Origin: Clostridiaceae bacterium
Lineage (GTDB): Bacteria; Bacillota; Clostridia; Clostridiales; Clostridiaceae
Length of the DNA stretch: 51,689 nt
NCBI GenBank assembly: GCA_041670885.1
Contig: JBAXYJ010000001.1
Location: forward strand, 1 to 51,689
Reading direction: 5' to 3'
The notes beneath the pieces are model-generated. The model was not told where the DNA came from. It searched no databases and saw only the letters and a list, made by a program, of their open reading frames with translations. Position 1 is the stretch's first letter; each line of letters begins with the position of its first letter. The translations under genes and the position numbers were made by a program. Shown in pieces: positions 1-10,555 of this stretch.

Positions 1-416
1 ATATCAAGAACTTTATCTTTAAATTCTATTTCATTATTATTTCTTAAAAAGTTTCTTAAGACTCCATTTACTAGTTTTGAATGGGGAGCAGATACCTTTT
101 TTGCAAGATTTACTGCTTCATTAAGAACTGCAAAATCAGGAATCTTATCTAAATATTTTAATTGGTATATAGATATTCTTAAAATGTTTAGTATATCTTT
201 ATTTGTTTTTTCCATATCCTTAAGATATTCTTTTAATATAATGTCTATTGTATATTTATATTTTAAAGTTCCATAAACTATTTCTGTAAGAAGAGCATTA
301 TCCAGTGGGCTTAGTTCAGCTTTTTTAATGGAACTGTCTAAAGCCAGGTTAGAGTAAGCTCCCTTATTTAATACCTTATCCAGTATATTTATTGATTCAA
401 ATCTAAGGTTTCCCAT
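1..416 (-). CDS. rsmB: 16S rRNA m5C967 methyltransferase RsmB/Sun, N-terminal NusB-like part only (CDS runs off the left edge)
   Basis: Not in the ORF track because it is truncated. Hand translation from ATG 414-416 is open down to base 1: MGNLRFESINILDKVLNKGAYSNLALDSSIKKAELSPLDNALLTEIVYGTLKYKY...ISIYQLKYLDKIPDFAVLNEAVNLAKK...LVNGVLRNFLR. This is the RsmB N-terminal pattern, in the usual position after def-fmt. Confidence 0.6.
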   Translation of the reverse strand, partial: MGNLRFESINILDKVLNKGAYSNLALDSSIKKAELSPLDNALLTEIVYGTLKYKYTIDIILKEYLKDMEKTNKDILNILRISIYQLKYLDKIPDFAVLNEAVNLAKKVSAPHSKLVNGVLRNFLRNNNEIEFKDKVLD

Positions 417-417
417 A

Positions 418-1101
418 TTAATTTCTTCTGTTATTTGCAATAACTAATAGTCTCAGAAGCTGGGCTATGGAAGTCAAGGCTGCTGCCACATAGGTAAGTG
501 CTGCGGCATTTAAAACCTTTTTTGCTCCATACACTTCATCTCCAACTAGCAGAGACCTTCCCTGTAATATCTTTATTGCTCTTCTTGAAGCATCCAGCTC
601 AACAGGAAGTGTAACCAGCTGAAATAAAACTACTGCTGAAAAAAGGATTATCCCAAAATTAACAAGAGGGCTGAGTCCCATAAATATTCCTATAATAAAT
701 AGGATCCAGGAAAAGCTTTGTCCTAAGTTTACTGCAGGAACCATCAGAATACGAAATTTAAGAGGTGCATATCCCTCCTTGTCCTGAATGGCATGACCTG
801 TTTCATGAGCTGCCACACCGATGGCTGCTATGGAAGTTCCATAGTATACCTCCTTAGACAATCTCATTTTTTTTGTTCCAGGATCGTAATGGTCTGTTAG
901 GTTTCCTTCAATTACTTCTATAGGAATGTCCGAGAGTCCATTTGAATCTAAAAGTGCTCTGGCTGCATCTGCTCCGGTATAACCCATGGAGCTTTTTACC
1001 TCTTTATATCTGGCAAAGGCAGATTTAACTTTTACCTGAGCCCATAGGGAAAAAAGAAGAGTTGGAATTAATATAATTATTGAACTATCATAAAATAACA
1101 T
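418..1101 (-). CDS. membrane zinc metallopeptidase (YugP-like)
   Basis: 227 aa. HExxH motif (AAHETGHAIQ) flanked by hydrophobic N- and C-terminal segments. Lies between fmt and rsmB. Confidence 0.75.
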   Translation of the reverse strand: MLFYDSSIIILIPTLLFSLWAQVKVKSAFARYKEVKSSMGYTGADAARALLDSNGLSDIPIEVIEGNLTDHYDPGTKKMRLSKEVYYGTSIAAIGVAAHETGHAIQDKEGYAPLKFRILMVPAVNLGQSFSWILFIIGIFMGLSPLVNFGIILFSAVVLFQLVTLPVELDASRRAIKILQGRSLLVGDEVYGAKKVLNAAALTYVAAALTSIAQLLRLLVIANNRRN

Positions 1102-1128
1102 AATTTTCCCTCCTTGTTTTTAATTTAC

Positions 1129-2058
1129 TCATTTTAGTACATCACCGATTTTTATATCATGACCTTTAATATATTCTGAAACAGTCAGCCTTTTGCCGCC
1201 TTCCATCTGAATTTCCTCTATAAGTATATTTTTATCTAAAGCTGCCGCCTTTATTCCTGATTTATCAAAGCTTATTATAGTACCAGGAACCTTTATGGAT
1301 TTCTCCTCAGTTATTTTAATTTTATATATTTTCATAAGCTTATCCTGATAGCGTGTTTTTGCGCAGGGACTGGGGCATAAGCCTCTTATAAAATTAGATA
1401 TATCCTCTGCTTTATTATTCCAGTCTATGAAACAAAATTCTTTATCAATCATATTTGCATAAAATACATCTGATTTATTTTGAGGAATCCTCTTTATTTC
1501 TCCCTTTGCATATGAGGTTAGTGTCTTAACCAAAAGATCTGCTCCTCTTTCTTTTAAGATATCATGCAGCTCTCCAAATGTTAAATTTTCATCTATGATA
1601 ACTTCATCCTTTAACAGCATATCACCTGTATCTATGCCAACATCCATCATCATAGTTGTATTTCCTGACTTTTTTTCTCCCTTTATTATAGCCCAGTTTA
1701 TTGGAGCTGCTCCTCGGTAGCCAGGCAGAAGGGAAGCATGGAGATTAATACAGCCTAATTTTGGAATGTCTAAAATCTCCTTTGATAATATTTGCCCAAA
1801 AGCTACAACAACTATAAAATCAGGTTTTAATTCTTTTATTTTATTTATTAAATCAATATCTTTTCTTATTTTTTCAGGCTGATAAACAGGAATATTATGT
1901 TTTATTGCTGCTTCCTTAACAGCAGAAAAAATCACCTTATTTCCTCTTCCCTTTTTCTTGTCAGGCTGTGTTATAACAGCTAGAACATTAAAATTATCTA
2001 TAAGCTTTTCTAAGGAAGGTACAGCAAAGACAGGGGTTCCCATAAAAACTATATTCAT
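1129..2058 (-). CDS. fmt: methionyl-tRNA formyltransferase
   Basis: 309 aa. MNIVFMGTPVFAVPSL N-terminus, HASLLPGYRGAAPINWAI formyltransferase motif, 1 nt downstream of def. Confidence 0.95.
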   Translation of the reverse strand: MNIVFMGTPVFAVPSLEKLIDNFNVLAVITQPDKKKGRGNKVIFSAVKEAAIKHNIPVYQPEKIRKDIDLINKIKELKPDFIVVVAFGQILSKEILDIPKLGCINLHASLLPGYRGAAPINWAIIKGEKKSGNTTMMMDVGIDTGDMLLKDEVIIDENLTFGELHDILKERGADLLVKTLTSYAKGEIKRIPQNKSDVFYANMIDKEFCFIDWNNKAEDISNFIRGLCPSPCAKTRYQDKLMKIYKIKITEEKSIKVPGTIISFDKSGIKAAALDKNILIEEIQMEGGKRLTVSEYIKGHDIKIGDVLK

Positions 2059-2059
2059 T

Positions 2060-2512
2060 TTATATCTCCTTTATATCGAAAGCCTTATCAATAAAGAGTA
2101 TCCCCTCTAAATGATCTATTTCATGGCAGAAAGCCCTTGCTAAAAGACCTTCTCCGCTGCAGATTACCTCTTTTCCCTCTTCGTTTATTCCTTTGACCTT
2201 AACATAGGATGGCCTTTCAACACTTCCTTCCTTCCCCGGCAGGGAAAGGCAGCCTTCTACATCTGTTTCTGATCCTTCTTCTTCTATTATTTCCGGATTC
2301 ATTAAAACTATAGGACCTTCTCCTACATCAACAACTATAAGTCTTTTAAGAATTCCCACCTGGGGAGCTGCAAGACCTACTCCGTTTGCACTATACATGG
2401 TCTCCTTCATATCCTCTATTAATGTTTTTATTCTGTCATTAACAGATTCTATTTTTCTGCTTTTCTTTCTTAATATTTCGTCCTCTTCTAATCGTATATT
2501 TCTCAGTGCCAT
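2060..2512 (-). CDS. def: peptide deformylase
   Basis: 150 aa with the three deformylase motifs [18 protein letters not shown] and HEIDHLEG. Confidence 0.95.
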   Translation of the reverse strand: MALRNIRLEEDEILRKKSRKIESVNDRIKTLIEDMKETMYSANGVGLAAPQVGILKRLIVVDVGEGPIVLMNPEIIEEEGSETDVEGCLSLPGKEGSVERPSYVKVKGINEEGKEVICSGEGLLARAFCHEIDHLEGILFIDKAFDIKEI

Positions 2513-2522
2513 AATTTACCTC

Positions 2523-4706
2523 CTAAACAAAACTATTTGGATTTATATCTAAGCTTATTTTAAAGCTTTTGCTTAACTGTTTAAAGTTATTATAAATTAA
2601 ATTTTTTATTTCCTGAGCTGTTTTATTATGTATTTGGCCCTTTAATATTATTCTCCACCGATAATTATCCTTTATCTTTGATATGCCTGAAGGACTTGGG
2701 CCTAAAATTTCCAAATCATATTTCTTCTCATTTAAAAGCTGATATAATTTATTAATATTATCTATAACTTCCTTTTCATCTCTTGAGCTGAAATTAATCA
2801 GCAGTATATCTGAAAAGGGAGGATAATTCATAGCGGATCTCAGCTTAATCTCCTCATCGTAAAATTTATCATAATCATCAGCTGCTGCTGTTTCTATGCT
2901 GTAATGCTCAGGAGTGTATGTCTGAACTATTACTCTTCCTTCCTTATCTCCTCTTCCGCTTCTTCCTGATACCTGAGTTATAAGCTGAAATGTCCTTTCA
3001 GCTGAACGGAAGTCCGGAAGATTAAGGCTTAAATCTGCTGCTATTATGCCAACTAGTGTTACATTTCTAAAATCGAAGCCCTTTGCTATCATCTGGGTTC
3101 CTATTAATACATCCGCTTCTCCTGCTTTAAATGAGTTATAAATGTTTTCATAGGAATTCTTTTCTCTTGTAGTATCATAATCCATTCTGATTGTTTTAAC
3201 ATTATTATATAATCTTTTTATTTCTTCTTCCACTTTTTCTGTTCCCAGGCCAAAATATTTTACATATTTACTTCCACATTTCGGGCATATCTTGGGTACC
3301 ATCTGTTTTTTACCACAATAATGGCAGGTCATGGAATTGTCACTTATATGATAAGTCATAGATACATCACATTTATCACATTTAAATACATATCCGCAGC
3401 TTCTGCAGGAAACAAAGGAAGAAAATCCTCTTCTGTTGATGAATAAAATTATCTGTTCTTTATTTTTTAAATTATACTCTATTTCTTCTTTTAGCTTTCT
3501 GCTGAATATTGACCTGCTGCCTGACCTTAGTTCTTCCCTCATATCTACTATGCTGACCATGGGAAGTGATTTGCCATAAGCCCTGTTATCCATATTAATA
3601 AGAGATATCCTGCCCATTTTTGAATTATAGTAGGAATTTACAGAAGGAGTTGCAGAACCTAAAACCAGCTTGGCATCATAAATACCCGCCATTATTTTGG
3701 AAAGCTCAACTGAATCATATTTTGGACTTTGCTCAGATTTATAGGAAGTTTCATGTTCTTCATCTATAATAATAAGGCCTAAATTGTTAAAGGGCAGAAA
3801 TAAAGCAGATCTGGCACCGATGGCTATCTTTACCTCTCCATTTTTAACCCGCTGCCATTCATCCTGTTTTTCTCCATCTGAAAGTCTGCTGTGGTATATT
3901 GTAATATCCCTTCCAAATCTTCCTTTAAATCTTTCAACCATCTGAGGAGTCAGTGATATCTCCGGAACTAAAATTATAGCATCCTTTCCTTTATTTATAA
4001 TATTTTTAACAAGATGCATATATACTTCTGTCTTCCCGCTGCCGGTAACTCCCTTAATTAAAAACACTTTATCACTTGAGCCTGTTATCCTGTCATAGGC
4101 ATTTTGCTGCTCACAATTTAATTTAAGTTCTTTAAATTCAGGAAATTCCCTGTTATCATATCTATTAACTACTCTGATTTTTTCTTTTAGGAAGGAATGC
4201 TTTATCATACTGTTTATAGATGAAAGAGATATATTAAACCTTCTGCTTAGTGTATTTTTATCATAAATTCCAGGGTTTTCCGAAACTATTTTATAAATGC
4301 TTTTATATATCTCCTTATCATATCTTCCCTCTAATGGATTTTCTATGAATAATATTCCCTTAGTTTTACTCAGGTTTTGGTTTAAAATGCAGCTGGGAAT
4401 TATTGCCCTTACAGCATCACTATAGGTACTTAAGTATTTATCTCTTATAATTTTTACTATTTCCAGCTGCTTTTCTGAAAGAGACAGATAGTCTCTAATG
4501 CTCTCTATTTCTTTTAAAAAATCCTGATCAGATTTTTCTAATATTTCAAATACAAAACCGGGCATGGATTTATTTTTAGCACCAAAGGGTACATTAACAA
4601 AGCTTCCTATTTTAATTTCTAAAAGGCTGTCATCATATTTATATGTAAACATTTTATCTAAACTGGAGGTTTTATTTATTATCAAAACTGCTGCGTATCT
4701 TATCAT
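2523..4706 (-). CDS. priA: primosomal replication restart helicase PriA
   Basis: 727 aa. Walker A GVTGSGKTEVY, DEEH box (IIIDEEHETSYK), Cys-rich zinc insert CRSCGYVFKCDKCDVSMTYH..CHYCG..CPKCGS. Confidence 0.9.
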   Translation of the reverse strand: MIRYAAVLIINKTSSLDKMFTYKYDDSLLEIKIGSFVNVPFGAKNKSMPGFVFEILEKSDQDFLKEIESIRDYLSLSEKQLEIVKIIRDKYLSTYSDAVRAIIPSCILNQNLSKTKGILFIENPLEGRYDKEIYKSIYKIVSENPGIYDKNTLSRRFNISLSSINSMIKHSFLKEKIRVVNRYDNREFPEFKELKLNCEQQNAYDRITGSSDKVFLIKGVTGSGKTEVYMHLVKNIINKGKDAIILVPEISLTPQMVERFKGRFGRDITIYHSRLSDGEKQDEWQRVKNGEVKIAIGARSALFLPFNNLGLIIIDEEHETSYKSEQSPKYDSVELSKIMAGIYDAKLVLGSATPSVNSYYNSKMGRISLINMDNRAYGKSLPMVSIVDMREELRSGSRSIFSRKLKEEIEYNLKNKEQIILFINRRGFSSFVSCRSCGYVFKCDKCDVSMTYHISDNSMTCHYCGKKQMVPKICPKCGSKYVKYFGLGTEKVEEEIKRLYNNVKTIRMDYDTTREKNSYENIYNSFKAGEADVLIGTQMIAKGFDFRNVTLVGIIAADLSLNLPDFRSAERTFQLITQVSGRSGRGDKEGRVIVQTYTPEHYSIETAAADDYDKFYDEEIKLRSAMNYPPFSDILLINFSSRDEKEVIDNINKLYQLLNEKKYDLEILGPSPSGISKIKDNYRWRIILKGQIHNKTAQEIKNLIYNNFKQLSKSFKISLDINPNSFV

Positions 4707-4752
4707 GTTATCCTCCTCTAATTAAAGAGTTTATTCAATAATACCAAATATA

Positions 4753-4783
4753 TGAAAAAATAAAAAGGCTGTTAAGCCCCTTT
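4753..4783 (-). terminator. weak intrinsic terminator after coaBC
   Basis: Minus strand reads AGGGGCT-TAAC-AGCCTTT, a 7-bp stem with two G-U pairs, followed by TTATTTTTT. It overlaps the coaBC stop codon. Confidence 0.35.
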
Positions 4784-5959
4784 AGATATAATATCAAATA
4801 ATATTGCTGAAATATTACTCTTTTTGTCCTTGCTAACTTCAGTAACATTACCATTTTTATCTATTATCATAACGCTGTTATAATCTGATGCAAAGCCTGT
4901 ATCTTCTTTTGTTATATCGTTGGCCACAATAAAATCAAGATTTTTTCTTTTAATCTTTATTACAGCATTTTCTAAAATATTACTGCTTTCAGCTGCAAAT
5001 CCAACAAAAATCTGATTTTTTTTATTTTTTCCCATTTCATATAATATGTCTTTATCCTTTTCAAAATCAATGGTTAATGTATCACCTGTTTTTTTTATTT
5101 TTTCCTTTGAATAGGTTTTGACCTTATAGTCAGCTACAGCAGCAGCTGATATATATATATGGCATTTATCAATATATTTTTTTACCGCCCCATACATATC
5201 TTCATTTGTTTTAATCTTTATTGTTTCTACTCCATATATATCCTCTAAGCTGTTTGGGCCGGAAACCAGTGTTACATTTCCTCCTCTGTCTCTGGCTTCC
5301 TTTGCCAGGGAGTAGCCCATCCTACCTGAGGAATAGTTTGTAATATACCTTACAGGATCAATAGGAGATATGGTAGGTCCTGCTGTTATTAATATGTTTT
5401 TGCCTGCATAATCTTTTTTAGGGTATAATCTGCACGCTATAATATCACATATAAGCTTGGTATCTGCAAGCTTTCCCCTGCCTGTATCACCGCAGGCTAA
5501 AACTCCTTCCGCAGATTCTATGAAATTGTACCCAAGATTTTTTAGTTTATTAATATTTCCCTGAAGAATTGGGTTCTCCAGCATGTTGGTATTCATTGCT
5601 AAGGCAAAGTAAACCGGGGCTTTAGTTGCCGCTATTGTAGTTGATAATAAATCATCACATATACCTGAGGCAACCTTCCCTATTATGTTATAGGTGGCAG
5701 GTGCAACTACCAGTATATCTGCTTTTTTTGCAAGTGATATATGATTTATATCAAATTCTTTAAGTTCACCAAACATATCATCATATACAAGATTATGGGA
5801 CAATGACTGAAATGACAGCGGTCGTACAAACTCTTCAGCATTTTTAGTCATTATAACATAAACGTTTATTCCCATTTTTCTAAGTGTGCTTACTATATCT
5901 AATGATTTGTAGGCTGCAATACCTCCGGTAACTCCTAAAACAACATTTTTACCTGCCAT
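4772..5959 (-). CDS. coaBC: bifunctional phosphopantothenoylcysteine decarboxylase / phosphopantothenate-cysteine ligase
   Basis: 395 aa. N-terminal flavoprotein domain (GVTGGIAAYK) fused to a CoaB-type C-terminal domain. Conserved gmk-rpoZ-coaBC-priA order. Confidence 0.9.
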   Translation of the reverse strand: MAGKNVVLGVTGGIAAYKSLDIVSTLRKMGINVYVIMTKNAEEFVRPLSFQSLSHNLVYDDMFGELKEFDINHISLAKKADILVVAPATYNIIGKVASGICDDLLSTTIAATKAPVYFALAMNTNMLENPILQGNINKLKNLGYNFIESAEGVLACGDTGRGKLADTKLICDIIACRLYPKKDYAGKNILITAGPTISPIDPVRYITNYSSGRMGYSLAKEARDRGGNVTLVSGPNSLEDIYGVETIKIKTNEDMYGAVKKYIDKCHIYISAAAVADYKVKTYSKEKIKKTGDTLTIDFEKDKDILYEMGKNKKNQIFVGFAAESSNILENAVIKIKRKNLDFIVANDITKEDTGFASDYNSVMIIDKNGNVTEVSKDKKSNISAILFDIISKGA

Positions 5960-5960
5960 G

Positions 5961-6164
5961 TTAATCCTCTTTATATTTTATTAAATCCTGATATATTTCA
6001 TTAATAGCTATAGTTACAGGTTTTGTAGAATCTATATCAATTAATGGCTTGCTGCCTTCTATTATCTGTCTTGCCCTTCTTGCTGTTATTGTAACCAGTG
6101 AATATCTGTCTCCTACCTTGTTTAATAAATTAATTATTGATGGATCAATCATAGAGTTGTTCAT
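5961..6164 (-). CDS. rpoZ: RNA polymerase omega subunit
   Basis: 67 aa. YSLVTITARRARQI omega signature. The start may be the internal ATG at 6152, which gives an 8-nt overlap with the gmk stop. Confidence 0.8.
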   Translation of the reverse strand: MNNSMIDPSIINLLNKVGDRYSLVTITARRARQIIEGSKPLIDIDSTKPVTIAINEIYQDLIKYKED

Positions 6165-6774
6165 GAATAATACCCTCCTTTGAATCTAGAAAATTTTCTT
6201 TTATTCTATCTACTCTGCATTTTTCTGCAGCTATTATGTTTCTTATTTTATTTACTGCTTCTTCTACAGTATCATTAATTACTGCATAATTATATTTAGA
6301 TAAATAATTTATCTCTTTATAAGCTGACTTAAATCTGGTCATCAGAGATTCCGGGGTTTCTGAGCCTCTTTTAATTATTCTGTTTTTAAGCTCTTCCATT
6401 GATGGAGGAAGGATAAAAATAAATACTCCCTCTTCAAAATTTTCTTTTACTTTAAGAGCACCCTGAATATCTATTTCTAAAATTACATCTTCACCTTTAT
6501 CCAGCCTTTCTATAACCTTGGATTTAGGTGTTCCATAGAAATTGCCGTAAACCTCTGCATATTCTAAAAAGTCATTTTCTTCAATTTTTCTTTGGAAATC
6601 TTTTTTTGAGTAAAAATAATAACTCTCCCCCTCAACCTCTCCCTGCCTTGGCTGCCTTGTGGTTATTGAAACTGAAAGGAATAAATCACCATCCTTTAAA
6701 AGCTCCTTACATATAGTTCCTTTTCCCGCACCGGATGGTCCCGAAATAACTATGAGTAAGCCTTGCTTTTTCAT
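6145..6774 (-). CDS. gmk: guanylate kinase
   Basis: 209 aa. P-loop GPSGAGKGT and SITTRQPRQGEVEGESYYF. Confidence 0.95.
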   Translation of the reverse strand: MKKQGLLIVISGPSGAGKGTICKELLKDGDLFLSVSITTRQPRQGEVEGESYYFYSKKDFQRKIEENDFLEYAEVYGNFYGTPKSKVIERLDKGEDVILEIDIQGALKVKENFEEGVFIFILPPSMEELKNRIIKRGSETPESLMTRFKSAYKEINYLSKYNYAVINDTVEEAVNKIRNIIAAEKCRVDRIKENFLDSKEGIIHEQLYD

Positions 6775-7043
6775 TATTCAATGACCTCATCAAAAGTATC
6801 ATCTTTATTTGTAAGTCTGTGAGCTACAGTTTCAGGCTGAACAGCAGATAATATAACATGGTCTGAATCTGTTATAATAACTGCTCTTGTTCTCCTTCCA
6901 TATGTGGCATCAATAAGCATACCTCTGTCTCTTGCCTCCTGAATTATTCTTTTTATTGGAGCTGATTCAGGACTGACAATTGCAATCAGTCTGTTAGCAG
7001 ATACAATATTTCCAAAACCAATGTTAATCAATTTAATATTCAT
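6774..7043 (-). CDS. remA: RemA/DUF370 family regulator
   Basis: [27 protein letters not shown] signature. I place the start at ATG 7041-7043 (AGGGGG RBS 6 nt upstream, 89 aa) rather than the track start at 7061. Confidence 0.8.
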   Translation of the reverse strand: MNIKLINIGFGNIVSANRLIAIVSPESAPIKRIIQEARDRGMLIDATYGRRTRAVIITDSDHVILSAVQPETVAHRLTNKDDTFDEVIE

Positions 7044-7053
7044 AAGCTTCCCC

Positions 7054-7932
7054 CTACTCAATGTTTTGAATTTGTTCTCTTATTTTTTCTATATCATTTT
7101 TCATCTCAAGTACATATTTTGTAATCTCCAGATCATTTGCCTTAGAGCCAATAGTATTAGTTTCTCTATTCATTTCCTGAACTATAAAATCCAGCTTTCT
7201 TCCTATGGGTTCATCAATGCTGAAAGTTGACTTCAGCTGGGATATATGGCTCTTTAGCCTTACTATCTCCTCATCGATGCAGGATCTGTCTGAAAACATA
7301 GTAACCTCAGAATAAAGCCTGCTTTCATCAATCTGATTATTCTCTAAAAGTTCCTTTAGTCTGTTTTGAAGCTTTTCCTTATAGATTAATGGAACCTGGG
7401 GTGCTTTTTCTTCTACTTTTAAAACCATATTTTCTATACCCATGAGTTTTATAAGTATGTCTTCCTTTAACTTTTCCCCTTCAACAGTCCTCATTATGTT
7501 TAATTTATCTATGGCTTCATTAAGAGCTCTGCATATTAATCCCCATGAAGATTCTAAATCTTCTCCCTTTTGCGCCAGTGTTATAACTTCAGGAAATCTT
7601 GATATAAGCGATACTGATATATCATCTAGAGCATCATATCTTTCTTTAACGTCCTTAAGACATGTTACATAACTGTCTGCCACTTCTTTATTAAATATTG
7701 CTTTTTCATTTGTTATCTGATATACATTTTGAGTTAAGAATAAGTCAATCTTTCCCCGATTTATTTTGTTTTGAATTTCTCGACGAATTCTTCCTTCTAA
7801 TGAAATCAAACTTTTGGGAAGCTTAATATTTAAATCAAGATATCTGTGATTTACTGATTTTATTTCAATAGTATATCCCATTTCTTCTGTTTCAGAGGTT
7901 CCCCTTCCAAAACCGGTCATACTGCTAACCAT
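7054..7932 (-). CDS. yicC: YicC/YloC family stress-induced protein
   Basis: 292 aa. MTGFGRG N-terminus and C-terminal [15 protein letters not shown] motif. Confidence 0.8.
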   Translation of the reverse strand: MVSSMTGFGRGTSETEEMGYTIEIKSVNHRYLDLNIKLPKSLISLEGRIRREIQNKINRGKIDLFLTQNVYQITNEKAIFNKEVADSYVTCLKDVKERYDALDDISVSLISRFPEVITLAQKGEDLESSWGLICRALNEAIDKLNIMRTVEGEKLKEDILIKLMGIENMVLKVEEKAPQVPLIYKEKLQNRLKELLENNQIDESRLYSEVTMFSDRSCIDEEIVRLKSHISQLKSTFSIDEPIGRKLDFIVQEMNRETNTIGSKANDLEITKYVLEMKNDIEKIREQIQNIE

Positions 7933-8041
7933 ATTTTCATCCTCTCTTTATTAAATGCTAAAATCGCCTAATTTATAAAAACTAGGCAATTTCTCAATAC
8001 AACCATTATACATATACTATCAGGAATATTTCAAGCTTTTT

Positions 8042-9187
8042 TCAGCTGTATACCTTTAATTTTGAAAATGCCTTTTCTATCATTTCTGCGCCTCCCGTTA
8101 AAGCAATTCTAAAATATCCATAAGATGTGGTGCCAAAATTATAGCCCGGGGAAACTATAATTCCATACTTTTCTATAAGTTCATAGCAAAATTCATCAAT
8201 AGAATAACCTTTTGGAACATTGCACCAAAGATATATTCCTCCCTTTGAATTGAAGAAATTTATATTTTTAGATTTTAATATGCTTATCAGCTTTTCTTTT
8301 CTATTATAATATTCACTGCAGACATCAAGTCTGTATTCCTCACCCAGTCTAAGAGCACTTATGGCGGCGTACTGGATTGGAATAAACTGTCCTGAATCTA
8401 GATTTTTTTTTATCCTAAGCATTGCTTTAATTACTTCTTTATTTCCAACAGCATAACCAATCCTGAAGCCTGTCATATTAAAAATTTTTGAAAATGAGCC
8501 TATTTCTATTGATTTCTTGTTGTTATCAAATTGAAGGAGACTGATTGGTTTATCATTAAATATTATTTCATTATATGCACCGTCATTTACTAATATTAAA
8601 TTGTATTTATCAGCAAGTTTTATTATGTCCTGATAAAATTTATCATTAGCTGCAGCACCGGTTGGATTATTTGGGTAATTAATTAATAATATCTTTGATT
8701 CATTAAGTATTCTTTCATTAATATTTAAATTGGGCAGATAATTATTAGATTCGGTTATTGGTATTTTATTATAATTTACTCCCCAAAGGCTGCACACACT
8801 CTTGTATATAGGATAAGAAGGCTCAGTTATTATTATGCTGTCATTAAAATTACATACAGCTGGAATTAAACTCACTATTGCATCTTTTGAACCTATAGTA
8901 ATTATAACCTGATCTTCATCTAAATTTACATTATATAAGTTTTTATAATATTTAATAATTTCTCTTTTTAATTCAACTATTCCCGAATAAGGAGGATAGT
9001 TGTTAAATTTATCTATTTTCAGCCCCTCCAGAAGCCCTTCCATCACCTCTTTTCTTATTTTAATGGTTGGATCACCTACACCAAAATTGTATAATTCCTT
9101 GTTTCCTTTATTTAGTCTTTCTGATATTTCATCCAGGCTGTAAAATGATTTTTCCGGAATCATATTTAATCTGTTATTTATTTTCAA
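8042..9187 (-). CDS. class I/II PLP-dependent aminotransferase (specificity not assignable)
   Basis: 381 aa. TTG start preceded by a GGAGGGG RBS. NYPNNPTG motif and PLP-lysine motif SFSKIFNMTGFRIGY. Confidence 0.75.
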   Translation of the reverse strand: MKINNRLNMIPEKSFYSLDEISERLNKGNKELYNFGVGDPTIKIRKEVMEGLLEGLKIDKFNNYPPYSGIVELKREIIKYYKNLYNVNLDEDQVIITIGSKDAIVSLIPAVCNFNDSIIITEPSYPIYKSVCSLWGVNYNKIPITESNNYLPNLNINERILNESKILLINYPNNPTGAAANDKFYQDIIKLADKYNLILVNDGAYNEIIFNDKPISLLQFDNNKKSIEIGSFSKIFNMTGFRIGYAVGNKEVIKAMLRIKKNLDSGQFIPIQYAAISALRLGEEYRLDVCSEYYNRKEKLISILKSKNINFFNSKGGIYLWCNVPKGYSIDEFCYELIEKYGIIVSPGYNFGTTSYGYFRIALTGGAEMIEKAFSKLKVYS

Positions 9188-9365
9188 AATTCCCCTCCAT
9201 TTATTGCTCCAGAAAATCGAATAATAATTTTCAGTTTAAAAGCAGCGAATTAATAAGGTTTTTTAAGCTGATAAGAAAATTATAAATCATACAATTTTCT
9301 GATTTATACATTTTATTCATATTATAAGTAAATGTGAATTAGTATAAAATTCTTAAAATCAATAA

Positions 9366-9394
9366 TTGTAATAATAGATTATGTGGGGTATAAT
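9366..9394 (+). promoter_or_regulatory. sigma-A-type promoter for ychF
   Basis: TTGTAA (9366-9371), 17-nt spacer, TATAAT (9389-9394), about 40 nt upstream of the ychF ATG. Confidence 0.5.
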
Positions 9395-9433
9395 TTATAA
9401 GGAAAATTAATAAAGAAGAAAGGATATTTAAAA

Positions 9434-10528
9434 ATGAAATTAGGTATAGTAGGACTTCCTAATGTAGGTAAAAGCACATTATTTAATGCAATAACTAAGG
9501 CAGGAGCAGAGTCAGCTAACTACCCATTTTGTACAATAGAACCAAATGTTGGAGTTGTTAATGTTCCAGATTATAGATTAGATGTATTAGAAAATATGTA
9601 TAATTCGAAAAAGAAGGTATATACTTCTATAGAGTTTTATGATATTGCAGGTTTAGTTAAGGGCGCTTCTAAAGGTGAAGGTCTTGGAAATAAATTCTTA
9701 TCTCATATAAGAGAGGCAGCAGCAATAGTCCATGTGGTCCGCTGCTTTAAAGATGATAATGTAGTCCATGTAGATGGCTTTGTGGACCCTATAAGAGATA
9801 TAGAAACCATTAATCTGGAGCTTATATTCTCAGATCTTGATACTATGGAAAAAAGAATTGAAAAAACTGCTAAAACAGCCAAGGGCGGAGATAAAAAGGC
9901 AAAAGAAGAATTAGCTCTATTAATTAGAGTAAAAAGCTGCTTAGAGGAAGGAAAGCCGGTAAGATCCATGGAAGTGACAGAAGATGAGGAAAAGGTAATC
10001 AAGGAACTCTTTCTTCTCACATCCAAGCCTGTTTTATATGTAGGTAACATATCAGAGGAGGATTTATTATCAAATGGTGATAATCCTCTTGTCATAAAAG
10101 TCAGAGAATATGTGGAAAAGGAAAACTCTCAGCTTATAACTGTATGTGCCAAGCTGGAGGAAGAACTTTCAACCTTGGAAGATGACGAAAGACTGGAACT
10201 TTTAGGCGAATATAACCTGAAGGAAACGGGCCTTGATAAGTTGATCCATGCCAGCTACTCTCTTTTAGGTCTTATGAGCTTCTTAACTGCCGGATGCGAT
10301 GAAGTCAGAGCCTGGACAATTAAAATTGGGACAAAAGCCCCGGAAGCTGCCGGCAAAGTACACAGTGATATGGAGCGGGGCTTTATAAGAGCTGAAATAA
10401 TAAGCTATGATAAGCTTATTGAATGCGGCAGCGAAGCTAAAGCAAAGGAAAAGGGCTTTTACAGGCTGGAGGGAAAAGAATACATAATGACAGACGGAGA
10501 TATAGTTAATTTCCGATTTAATGTATAA
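9434..10528 (+). CDS. ychF: ribosome-binding ATPase YchF
   Basis: 364 aa. [14 protein letters not shown]-loop and C-terminal YchF/TGS block RAWTIKIGTKAPEAAGKVHSDMERGFIRAE. Confidence 0.95.
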   Translation: MKLGIVGLPNVGKSTLFNAITKAGAESANYPFCTIEPNVGVVNVPDYRLDVLENMYNSKKKVYTSIEFYDIAGLVKGASKGEGLGNKFLSHIREAAAIVHVVRCFKDDNVVHVDGFVDPIRDIETINLELIFSDLDTMEKRIEKTAKTAKGGDKKAKEELALLIRVKSCLEEGKPVRSMEVTEDEEKVIKELFLLTSKPVLYVGNISEEDLLSNGDNPLVIKVREYVEKENSQLITVCAKLEEELSTLEDDERLELLGEYNLKETGLDKLIHASYSLLGLMSFLTAGCDEVRAWTIKIGTKAPEAAGKVHSDMERGFIRAEIISYDKLIECGSEAKAKEKGFYRLEGKEYIMTDGDIVNFRFNV

Positions 10529-10555
10529 GAGCAGAATCATCTGCTCTTTTTTTTT
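10528..10555 (+). terminator. intrinsic terminator of ychF
   Basis: AGAGCAG-AATCAT-CTGCTCT followed by a T9 run. The hairpin overlaps the last codons of the convergent Lon-like gene. Confidence 0.75.
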